Source: Mytilus trossulus (lineage: Eukaryota). Taken from it: 64,000 nt of DNA. Shown here piece after piece: positions 1 through 12,600 of this stretch (position 1 is the stretch's first letter; the number at the start of each line of letters is the position of its first letter). The translations under genes and the position numbers were made by a program. The stretch lies in the NCBI RefSeq assembly GCF_036588685.1, contig NC_086374.1:44578001-44642000 (forward strand), read 5' to 3'. The notes under the pieces were generated by a model that was not told the origin of the DNA, did no database searches, and saw only the letters and a program-made list of their open reading frames with translations.

Positions 1-164
1 AAGATATTACAAATAATCAAAGCTGGTATACAGCCAAGATCCATAAAAATAAAAAATGACAAAAAAGCATTATAAACAGTATCAACAGGTCGAATTAATG
101 TTCATGCTCATGTCATTTTGCTTCTACTAAGAAATAGAACAGAACTCAGTGTTATATATAAAAT

Positions 165-600
165 AAAAAAGAAGATGTTGTACGATAACAAATGAGACAA
201 CATCAATTGACACAGACATTAACTATAGGTCACCGTATGGCCTTAAGCAATGAGAAAAACCCATACCGCACATTTAGCGATAAAAGCCCCCGAAATGACA
301 ATGTAAAACAATTCAAACAAGAAAACTGACGGCATAACTTTTGCAATTAATATATGTAACACAGCAACAAACGACAGCCAATGAATAACAGGCTCCTGAA
401 TTGGGACATGCAAATACATACAGAATGTTGCGGGGTTAAACATGTTTAATTATTTCGCTCCCAACCCTCCCCTAACCTGGGACAGGGGTGTAACAGTACA
501 ACATATAAAAAAACTTATCAAAATCAGTTAAAAAGGCTTCACTGAATCAGATGGATATAAATAAAAATACATATAACAAAAACACAGAGTAGACGTGACC
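165..600 (+). repeat. High-copy interspersed repeat family A copy
   Basis: Aligns in reverse orientation to 21580-21985, e.g. cccaaccctcccctaacctgggaca. Confidence 0.75.
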
Positions 601-2931
601 AGGTACTTGTACATCCGAACAACAAGAAGACAAGATGCATTTTTTGTTTTATAATTCTTATTAATCTTTCAAACAAGAAAATGCCTGTATCAAGTCAGGA
701 ATATGACAGTTGTCCATTCGTTTGAAGTGTATGAGATTTCGATTTTGCCATTGATTACAGATTTTTCGATAAGAATTTTCCTCGGAGTTGGGTATCTTTT
801 GTTTTGTTTCTTTTACAGATTTGGATTTGTTCCCCTTGGTGCAAATTTTACCAATTGTAGGTTTGAAGATCTTCTTATAAAAAAATCCAAATGTTTTGTA
901 TAATTACTAATAATGAGTAACTATCTATAGCACAAAAGATCAACAAACATGCATATTTTTTGGTCTGCACGGAGTATATATCACACACTTGCTTGTAAAC
1001 AGGAAAAAGTGAAAGTAAATTGTTTTTTTTCGAATGTCTTAGACTAGTTATGTTAACCATACAATTATATGCACACCTCCCCCTTCAGTTTAAACACCAC
1101 CACTATCATAACCCCTAACTATAACCCCTAACTGTGTTTCCCTAGTTAATCTGCAGCGATCATGTTATTCAAAGGATGTATATATTCATTAATCGTTTAA
1201 GAGGAATGTACATACCATCCATTTGGAGTTGCATTTTAACAAGTTTTAAGTAGATTCTTTTACCGAAATCAATTCCCGCTTTACTTTAACAAAGTGTTTA
1301 TATCAGATATACGTGAACTAAGTCAAAAGTGACATCCTATAAGGTCAATACATTTCAGTAATTGACAACTAAAATTGAAAACGACATCATTTACATTTTT
1401 AATGGCTTGTAGTTGTTTACTTGATCACCTTGATTCCCAGGAAGATACAATGAAGCCTGAAATTGCATTTTTATTAAAATAATTTAGTTGATTTTATCAT
1501 CACCAAAATAGTTATTGAAGGTTAATGTGTTTTACACCAAATAGGTACATATGTATACTATCTGTAACTAGATTTACTGTTGTCCCGTGTGTAGCTTATG
1601 GATAGGATATATATATATGTTCCTGTTTGTTTCGGTTATTGTATTCTATTCATTTTATATTCAAGTTAAAAATATTAGCTATGTTGTTCTTACACAATTG
1701 TATTTGTCATTAAACTATTCAGGAATATGACAGTTGTTATCCATTCATTTCATGTGTTTGGGCTTTTGTTTTTGTAATTTGCTTAAGGACTTTCCGTTGA
1801 GAAATTGCATCGGAGTTTGTTTGTTTGGTTTTTTTTTGCTGCCATTATATAAAGTTATTGAAAAAGCAGAAAACTTTGGTATTGTATTAGTCAATGAAAT
1901 AACAAGTTGAACCAATTGAGATTAAAACAACAATACCACAAAAATTGTTGGACTCTAAATTGTCCCGAGTCTATACAGCTCCTTTTGCAGATGCACTGTT
2001 TAGTACTGAAGTTGATAAATTATAGTACAGTACAGGACATGTACTTGAATAACATAGTAGTGATGTAGTACCTTCACACGATTGTACTATTTCAGTTCCA
2101 TAACTTTATAGTACTATTATGTATATGCAATTTTGAAGTATCCGCTATGTACCTCCTTAGAGTAGATCTATGAAGGAACAATAAACATATAGTATTTTAT
2201 TACTATGATTTGATGGCACCTTTCACTGAAAACATAATGATGGAAAACTACTGAACTGGTACAAAAAAAGGTTCATACCATAAATGTACAAGACATTAAA
2301 AATATTTTAAACTGTTACTTTTAACTTGAATTGTGAAATTATGGTTCTTAAATAATACATAATTAAGACGTACTGCAAATCGTACTGAAAATGGTTGAAA
2401 TATTTGCCACTGGACGTTAATCAATCAACACTAAATGAATAGTACTATAATAGTATATAAAGCTGTATAGTAGAAAAAAATAAAGAACTTAATAATTTAG
2501 GTAATTTTTTGTTTAATATTGAAAAAAATCGTAACCTGTAGTTGTATTATTTATTTATCATATGAATTTATTTTCATTCTCCTCCATGCATGTATTGTGT
2601 ATAATTAGTGTATTTATATTTCACTGATGCATTCAAAAAATATTGTAAAATTGTATATTCTATAAGCTGTATTGCTTCTGAATAAAGTATTATTATTATT
2701 ACAGTAATAATGTGATTAGATCTGATAAAGTTTCATCATGTCTGAAAAACAAAAAGATATTACTTAAACAGTTCTGGTGAAGTACTGTACTTCGGACATG
2801 TACGAGACGATTTGGGTGGTTTTATCCCCCTTTTTTTAAAATGTTTTTGAATGTATATGTCATTTACAATTTTACTGACATTTTATTTTTTTATGAAACG
2901 GGAGAATTATCTACAGTACTGTCACACATAC

Positions 2932-3107
2932 CATGATCCCGCTGCATTATTAAGCAAAGTAGAAGAATATCCAAACTGAGAACCAGTCGTCCCGGTGAAT
3001 TGTTCAACACTTTCTATATCAATATTAAATCCATGACAAAAATTACACAATATCAGAGATACAAGCATAAACATATACTCCATTGTTGTAATTACAATAT
3101 ATTTCAT
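2932..3107 (-). CDS. Integrin alpha subunit, first coding exon (signal peptide + start of FG-GAP beta-propeller); rest of gene lies toward/beyond the left edge
   Basis: Translation MKYIVITTMEYMFMLVSLILCNFCHG|FNIDIESVEQFTGTTGSQFGYS...AGSW: hydrophobic signal, then the integrin-alpha mature N-terminus FN(I/L)D and the GSxFGYS motif. Phase-2 donor TG|gtatgt at 2932/2931, inside the Trp that precedes LxVGAP in this family. Exon 2 not found in the window. Confidence 0.8.
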
Positions 3108-6100
3108 TAAGACTTCTCTAAAGAAAATTACATATTAAAGGATGTAACTTATAATCCTTGTGAGTTTAACTGTTTAAGGATATAGGGGTCTTAACGAAGA
3201 TGTCATATTGTAGACCGGATATAAATATATTGATGATGATATTTTTTTTAAAGAGCGTTACTTATTTCGTAAGTGGATATAGATATACAATTGAACAATT
3301 AGGTGTTTTTCACCAATACCTAATAGAAATTAACATATCCTTCCTAGTTATGTTAGTAACACCCTCAATATATGATTAAAAGATTCAAGTATACGTATGT
3401 CTTATGATGGTACCATTATTCGTGTTTATCCGTCAATCAGACGACTTATTTTACAAATAACTGATATACATTCAATGTTAAAGTGTCAGCGTTACATTTG
3501 TTGTACAATAGCTTAAGTTGTTTTATTTTTATTTTGACTTTTACGGCATTTTTTTTATTAGTTAAATGCAATAATTCTTTCTCTTTGAATATTATCAATG
3601 ATTGCAGTGAATGGTACACTTGGTATTGATAGTAGATAGCAAATACATGAAATGTTGTGTATATTTTTGTGAGTATAATACAGAAAAACGTAAATTATTG
3701 AAATTAACAGGGGAAAAAAACTTTGAAAAAAAAGGGCTTAAAAAAATTGTCCTGTCCTCAAGTACCTAGTATGTAAAACCCATGAAACAATACTTTGAAA
3801 TTCTATTTAGTGTAAATGATTTTTCAATCTAAGTATGATCCGATGTAGTGATACGCTCCTGGTGGAAAGAATCGTGACGAGAACTTACAGCTGATTTCAC
3901 CGATGAGATTGTGACTTTTTAAACTAGCCTTGGAGGTATTTACACAATCACGTGAAAAATCGGAGTCACTTAGATGTAACAAACTTCCGCAAAAACTTAT
4001 TATATAAATTAATATAATATTTTTATAATTATATAGTGACTTTTTTAATTATGAACAATTCATTGAAATTGCAACATGACCAGTGACAAGTATGTCATAC
4101 AGCTTGTGTGCCATGAATAAGTCAAAATTCACAGATATATGTTTTATTTATCCTCGCCAAAAATATATTCTCCATTCTTTCTTTGTTCATTTTACCATAA
4201 ATTATTAAATTGTCAAATTTTTCGTTGACAAACGTTCAGTGATAATCTAAAAGTAGCTATAAAAAACAGGGGATACATGTATATTAACATGCCAATACAA
4301 CTTGTCTAATAAAGTATTACATATCATTAGTCATCTGTTTTCTATTAATGAGTGCATATTTATGTCCTGTGAATTCAAGCTCCTTATAAAACCTCTATGA
4401 TTTCTGATTGAAGTCATTATGTGTTATGTTATTGTACCGAATGTTTCCGTAAAAATCAAATAACTTTATATTTTATACGGAAGCTACTATACCAATCAGA
4501 TTTGGATCCAGGATTCTGAAAAGAGGGCCTCCCAAACTAAACATATTTGGAGTTGTATGCGATAATGGGTTAAAAGTCGAGATTAACCATAAATGCAGCT
4601 CCGTAAGGGGGCGGAGCTCCCTGTCTCCCATAAGTCCGCTCATCCCGTCATGTCATTTATGGTGATATCAGTATATCCCCAGTCTGTATTTATGTCCTAA
4701 CAAACAAAAAGTAAAATCACAAAAAAATGAACTCCGTGGAAATTCAAAAAGGAAAGTCCCTAATCAAATGGCAAAATCAAAAGCTCAAAGACATCAAACA
4801 AATGGATAACAACTGTCATATCCCTGACATTGGTCATTGGTATACGGGCATTTCCTTGTCGAGTCATATTACCAATTTTAAAAACCGAACTATGACAGTA
4901 TTTGATTAATTTCTGAATTATGCCAACTGAACTTAGACAATTTGATATTAATCATTGGATATTTTGTGGACACCAGTTCTCTTAAATGACGCATCATGAA
5001 ACTGTGTGTGTTGTAAGATATGGTGTGGAGATTTGCTTATAAGTGATGCAATTACGATCAAATGGTCCGTAAATATACAAATCCTAGATTGACGTCCATT
5101 TGCACTTAAATTTTCTATACTTAAATCATGTTTTAAATCAATATGTAAGACTCGAAGGTGGGATATCATATGGACGCTGAAGTGCAATGGTCACGCTGTA
5201 GTGTGGTTGTCTTCTGTCGTTTCGTCTAATACTAGTAACATGTTAGTACGTAGCGTCAGATATCGTGATCCGAGATGGGACCATGATAGAGCGACTATAA
5301 AAGGATAAATATCGTGTCCCAAATAAAGCACTTCATAGATTTTGACATGTAAACGAAATTATTACCAATACTATTTTTCAAATATCAAATTCAAGTTCCC
5401 CCTAAAAACTAGTTTTTGTGGACAAATTCAAGTAAGAAATTACCACCACAAAGGAACATAAAGAGAACCTTACAAATAGTACATGCATGCAGGTTCTCAC
5501 ATACTATCTTACATATTAAAATAACATCATACAAAAACGTACTCAATGTGTTCCTCTCCTAATTTGGAGTTTTTCCTACGATCCAAAATTTATCAGAATC
5601 ATTTGGTTATCCATGCTTTAGTGTGTACTCCCTTACAGTCTTGAACATTAAAACTATGGAAAAAAAAAACCCAAAAAACCCCACACATTGCAACATTTTT
5701 AGTGTGTGGTACAGGTTGGTTGTCACTGTGTAATACAGTTTTACATAAAACCCTATGGGTAAAACACCAAAGCACTCTTTTTGTTTGAACACAAGTTGTC
5801 AGTGAAGTTGTCAAATATCCACACTGATATGTGTCCACACTTTTTCATTTATAAAACCTATACTTGTGTTTGTCTTCCTGGCTTGTGATTTTTGTAACCT
5901 CTCTCCTTTGTTATGTAATTGTATGTTCTATTATGAAGTTGAAATATATTATTATTATTTTGTTTATAACAGTATAAAATGTAGTTCAACAAACTAGCTA
6001 TCACCACAAAAAAATAAATAAAATATGTAAATACCATCTTTTTCTCTATTTGATTAATTACCACTTACACAAATAAATTACAATCAAAACAAATGTCCAA

Positions 6101-6618
6101 CAAGCATTTTCCAGATTGACCCACATAATTTCGTAACGTTTTTACCTGTAATTTTTAATATATTATACATAGTGGGACAATCGGCAGGGCGTCACTGGGT
6201 CAATAGAACTGAGGACATTGTCAGATCTCTCTTGCAGACTTGACTTAGTTACTTAAATAGTGTGTACTGATATTGTTTTGTGTTTGTCACGTGCTTGAGG
6301 TAATTACAAAAAAATATAGTTTCATAACAATAAAGATAAATGTAACAACAAGTAACAGTTTGTAAAATAAACAGCATTAAGGAATACTGTACGCCAATCT
6401 AAATTTTGCATAACAAATATTTACCTGACAGTGTAAAAAAAGTAGTATTATAATACACTATATTTGAATTTGGTGACTTAATTATCTACATTTAATCAAG
6501 TTGACTGGAAACCAAACAATTTTATTTTGTACATGTTGATATATCATTGTAAATATCCAGTTCTAAATCGTTTGGGTGAAAGGTCAAGGTGTAATTTATT
6601 TTCGCATTTCACCCCTGC

Positions 6619-6624
6619 TATAAA
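6619..6624 (+). promoter_or_regulatory. Candidate TATA box of the GH20 gene
   Basis: TATAAA (gcTATAAAtg) about 60 nt upstream of the signal-peptide ATG at 6683. Positional inference only, in AT-rich DNA. Confidence 0.35.
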
Positions 6625-6682
6625 TGTGTGCCTCTAAGTTTGTTTTTCTTCAATGTCCATCTCTACACTAGCTAGAAAGAAC

Positions 6683-9600
6683 ATGGCACAATGGATTATA
6701 ATTTCTTTAATTATTGTATTGTTGTATGCAGGTAAGTCTTAAATTAAAATATAATTTTAAAAGACAAAAAATGTTATGATAATTAGTATCCTTAATTCAT
6801 TGGAACGTGTTATTTGCTACTTAATTTTTATATGAAAAAGATGATTTTTAGCTTTTTAGCAGGGATTCCATTATCACCGTTAAATATACAATGCTGAACT
6901 ACCAGTTTGCAAATCTGAAGAATATGCTTTGCCAACTTTTGTACTACACAAACTATTGTAAAAGGCTGTAAAAATAGTCATAAATACAAATATATACCCA
7001 GTGCTTTCTATGCAAAATAAAAATAAAATATCATGAAATTGACTTTAGAAAAAGCAACAGCTAACGCTCAGTAACATTCATCTGAACACATGTCAACGTG
7101 TATGACGTATTCTCATTTATCATTTTAAGCAATTTTTTCTAATGATAATGCACCTATTAATAACTGTCGGTGAATATTTTATTTTTGTTTATTTAAAACA
7201 GTGTTTAAGGTAGCATTATAGCATTTCTTGGACCAAAGGGTATGATAGCCTTTTCAAAATGATATTCTTTTCAGAATGTTCACTTCTTAACACTGTCAAC
7301 ACTGCACAAGAACCCACAGTTCACAGTTAACTGGAGCAATTTCATTATTATATTTAGAAATAAATTACGGCCATTTATCTTTTCTGATATCATTATGAAC
7401 CTAAGGTTAGTAGTGCTTTTATGTCTTTTATCATACAGTGAATATGAAAATTCTCAAAATTCACCATTATTACAAATATTTCCGACTTTGTTTGGTTTCA
7501 GAGGAGTTAGGGCTCAATGAAATCGGTCTCTTCCTTTGGAAGTAAAGATATTCAGTTATTACATTTTATGTCATTTTTTTTATCTTACAGATTTTATATA
7601 TGGCCAAGTATCAACTCAAGAGGAATTAGATGACATTGCTAGGAATTTAAGAGTTGAAGTTCATGTTATTGACAATTTGCAATTCAATGGGAAGAAGCAC
7701 CTTTTCAGAATTATATTTGAAAATAAAGGGTCCCATTCTTTATCAGGGTTAAACTGGAAAATCTTCTTCTTCAGCTTTTTCATTATTGAAGACGAACATA
7801 TCTTATCACCCGATGGAAACAGCATTTTACCCGGGGGATACATACTTAATGAATCAAAACTTAGAATTGATCATGCTAAAGGTAATTTATATTCACTTAC
7901 CCCTGTTGAAGATTTCATGGAAATTAAACCTAATACAACAAGAGAAATACGTTTCTTTGGGTCGAACTGGGCAATATCAAAATCCGACATACCTCCAAAC
8001 TGGTATATAACTGTCGATGGGTTATCGCCTCGTGTCTTTGAAAGTACATCAGGTGATTTTGTTGGGTATTTTAATGAACCAAATCAATGGAAGAGAACAC
8101 AATTTGACCTTTACGACCCTTATTCGCCGTTAGATCGATTTGAAAAATATAAAGATATCAGGAAAAATCCCAAGAAAAAAATTGCAATACCAACGCCTAA
8201 ATCTGTGATTCATCATGATGCCTTGGAAACATTAGATATGAACGGAGATGTTAAAATTGTTCACAATGGATTCACAGTTGAGGCATCATACCTGGCAAGT
8301 AAGTAAACTATATTTAGAACTGAAATCATATATTATCTTACCTCCTGTACATTTCTAGGAACATGATTTGTTAATTGAAAGTAACCGCTTGGAGACCGTG
8401 TATATTCCGTATACGGTTAGTAGGATTCCATATTATGTTACTAGAGGTTTCCAGATTTGCAACCGTACCAACCGTAGTACGAACTGGGAGCCGTCATTTA
8501 ACTTTTGGAAAAAATGGATGTATACACTTTATATCAACGCATGCTTTATGAATCATATATAGAACTATTTTGAGAATTTTTAGCTGTAATTTGGTACTAA
8601 TTTCATGTGGTTACTTCTTGCATTTATAGTAAAAAATATTGTGTGCACTCGATTATGCTTTCAAGCAACCGTTGCAAGTAATCGTTAGTACGAACGGTTT
8701 ATAGTTTTAGAGTTATTTCCCCCTGAAACTGCATAGACACAAAAATAGTTAAATAACGAAAGAAATTATAAACCGATGTACATTTTGATGATAATAAATT
8801 TTTAACAATATAAAATGATGAAGTATTTTGGTTTTTTTTTAGTAGGTTTTAGAAAATATGAACAAAATAACTTTATTTTTACAAAATATTTTGACCTTAA
8901 AAACAAAAGAGTATTGATGTAATAAAATACAAAATAATATGATGTTAGGTTATATGTGTAATAATTGTTAAAGATATGTAGAATAAGCATAAATTAAAAC
9001 TTCATTTTGTAGGTAGGCTAAATATAATAGACACCCCCATTCTATTACGTGTGAAACAAAAGATAAATGATAACGTATAACAATTATTTTATATTCTTTT
9101 CCAGCCATAACTTACAGTAGACCTACATTTATGCGGGCCAAACATCAATGTCAAATGCAAACAATCTAGGGCTAAATTTCATAGTTTTACTGTATAACAT
9201 TCGCTAATCAATTAATTCAAGAACATGAGTGTCAATCCAAGTCGGTATAAATTATTTGACAGTTGTTCTTTCTATTTTATGTTATCATTTACATTAGCTA
9301 CTGGTTGATTTGCATCTATTTTTTTTCTTAAAATAGTACACTGTATATTTCCGTGGATCTGTCTATCAGTATTTTGTAATCGATATATTTGATTAAAAAA
9401 TCCAAGATAAATTTGTCATGCTTTATAATCTTTATATTGTAATATTAGTCAATGAAGTTAATTATTATTTATAGGTAGTTCATGTTTTTTCTTATGTTTT
9501 GTAATTGTATGAAAACCAAAAGTTACACATGCATGCTCGAGTGCCCTCAATTTCATAATGTTGACCACCTTATGTTTCGTATTCATATTGTAACTTTTTT

Positions 9601-12600
9601 CTCTTGTATATGTTTGCATGTATTCATTGAACAGTGACCGGCTATAGTTGTTCAATTTTATAAAATTTTGGTCTCTGGTAGAAAGTTGTCTCATTGGCGA
9701 TCATGCAACATCTTTATATCTATATATTAAAAAAGATTAGTAGTAAGTTTATATACTTTATTAAAAACGATCCCTTATCATAGCTGTTCTTCTTTGTGAA
9801 AGTCAAACACATAGTTCGACAATAGATGCCATCTGCCATCTAGGATGTCTGTATAAGGAACATACAACTCGGAATGTTTTGAACTCCTTCATTATATGCT
9901 CTACGTATAATCTCCTTTTTCTGTGCAATGCATTGAACCCCCCTTTTATATTCGATCAATGCATTTGAATGGGAACGTGTGGTTGGAACCCCCTCTTTTT
10001 AAAATGGCTGGATCCGCCCCTGACACCAGTCTCCTTGCGACAATACTAATGTAATAACAATATGTTATGATATAGAAGAAGAAGAAGAAGAAGATGCTTT
10101 ATTTCCATAAAATGGGCTCACAAGGAGCATAATATAATATCATTGTAATATAATATTCTTTTACAAATATAATAAACAACACAAGTTACAAACACAAATA
10201 AGAAACAACAGTTATCACATATTAGTATATATATAAAACCTTTGTCTCAGGCACACCTCTGGAAAGTAACAAAAAAGAATACTGCGAGTAGTCTAAATAT
10301 ATCTAGCTGAACTGCAAGAGGCACCTAGGGACGGTGCTATATGGCATGGAGGGTGCATATTAAAATGTGTTTCGGGACATTAATGATATGGTAAGATATT
10401 GTAAGAAGTTGCACATAAATGGTATGTCATCCTCGTGCCTGGTGCAGAGGAGTCAGTACTATTTAAAGTGACACAACTGCAAGAGGCACCAAGGGACAAT
10501 GCTAATTGACATGCCAAAGTGCACAAATTACAAAAAAGATAAAATATTACCAGTTTAATAAAAAAAAAAATAATATCGCAAACAAGAAGGTAATAGAACT
10601 TGTACGATGTGTCCTGTACCCCACCATGCCAACCTTGTGCCTAGTGCAGAAAGCCTGATTAAATATTTATCTTTAAAGTTATATTTTATCTTCATCAATT
10701 AACTCACAGACAGATATCAAAATATCAAGATTCTCTACATTAAGAAGCCATATCAGTTTTTGACTAGGAATCAAATGCTTAAAGTTTGGGCATAGTAAGT
10801 CAATAGTGGAATTCAAATAATTTCTCTTATCTTGTGATGATGTACATGAGAATAAAAAATGTTTTTCATCATCAACTTCATTTGAGGTGCACCTGAGACA
10901 TATTCTGTCTTGTCGGAGAGTACCCTGATAGCGACCTTGTTCAATTCTTAGTCTGTGAGAAGAAATACGCAATCGAGTGAAATTTCTCCTCTGCTCAGGT
11001 GATTGTAATATAGTAAGGTATCTTTCAAGACCAAAATGAGTCTTAAAAGTGCTATAGCTACAAAGCTTCCCATCAGCACAATTGTGCATTTGGTTTCTCC
11101 ATTGTATTTCATAGTGCTCATACAAAAACTTTTTAATTAAAATTTTGAATCTAAAGTTGCTTGCAAAGGTTAGACTGTCAACCCCATTAATTTTTTTTTG
11201 CAAATAGTTTAAAGATCCATACCAAGAGGGAATTTTTGATTCAAATAATAGCTTTGACTCTAAATATGCATCTTTTAGTAAGGGAAAGGATGAACCCAAA
11301 TTTTCAAGCCGGTGCCAGTATCTGATCATAGATTTGGTGATATCAAAATGTAAAGGAAATCTCCCAAGTTCTGAAAGAGTGGCAAGGTTTGTTGCTCTTT
11401 TCCCCACACCTAGTAATAATTTACAAAATTTCATATGTAATCTATCTGAAAAAAGTTTAGGATAAGCTTGATCAACTGTATAAGTCTGAGAATTTAATTT
11501 TTTTTTGAAAGGATTAAAAAAGCCCCAAATTTCCGAACTATACAAAAGAATGGGTTTAATTGTATGATCAAATACATGGAGGCTGTTTTTAATATTGGGA
11601 TTCAGTGATAAAAAGTCCTTTCGTAGCTTGTAGAATGCTTTCAATGCCTTATTGTACAATTCCTTCTGAGCAAAGGAAAAAGATCCTGATGCACTAAATG
11701 TTATACCTAAATATTTACAATGTTGAACACAATCTATCAACATGTCATTAAAATAAAAATTATGTTTTATATGCCTGCCTGCTTTGTTAAATACCATCAC
11801 CTTAGTTTTTTTTAGATTAATTTTCATACACCAATTTTTACAATAATTATTTAATTGATCAAGTTTACACTGAAGCCCCTTTTCCGAGGAAGAAAAAATG
11901 ACAATATCGTCAGCATATAATAAACAATGAACTGGCTTTGAGTTAACCAAGACTGGATCAGGTGACTTTTCTAGATAATCAGGGAGATCATTTATAAATA
12001 TTTTAAACAAATTAGGACTCAAATTATCTCCCTGTTTCACTCCCACCTTAGTTGGAAAAAGGTCTGTAACTCTATTCTTTAATCGAATACAGGATTTACT
12101 CTGGGCATACATACTCTTAATTATATTATAAAAATTTGTACCCAGCCCAATGTTTAATAACTTGAGTTTTATACCTGGATGAATGACCGTGTCAAAGGCC
12201 TTTTGGAAATCAACAAAACAGGCAAACACTCTACCTTCTTTAGTATGACAGTACTTATCGATAATGGTCTTAAGTATGAACATATGGTCAGATGGTCGCG
12301 CTTTCCTTGTGAAGCCAATTTGGCTATCTTTAATGATCTGATATTTATCTAAAAATTTGCAAAGACGGGTGTCAAGAATTTTATTAAAAAGCTTCCCCAA
12401 AGCATCAGTAATAGTTATTCCTCTATAATTATTAGGATCAGATGCATCATTCCCTTTATGAATTGGGAATATGTAGCCAATAGTCCAGGGTTCTGGGTAT
12501 TTTCCATAAGAGAGGCAATTATTAAAAAGTTTTAGTAAACAAGGTAACAAAGAGGTTTGACCATATTTTAGCATACTGTTAGAGATGTTATCCAACCCTG

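Noticed and set aside
1-2931. Integrin alpha exon 2 (expected LxVGAP)
   Set aside because: No phase-compatible minus-strand exon with this motif was found by eye; it probably lies left of the window.
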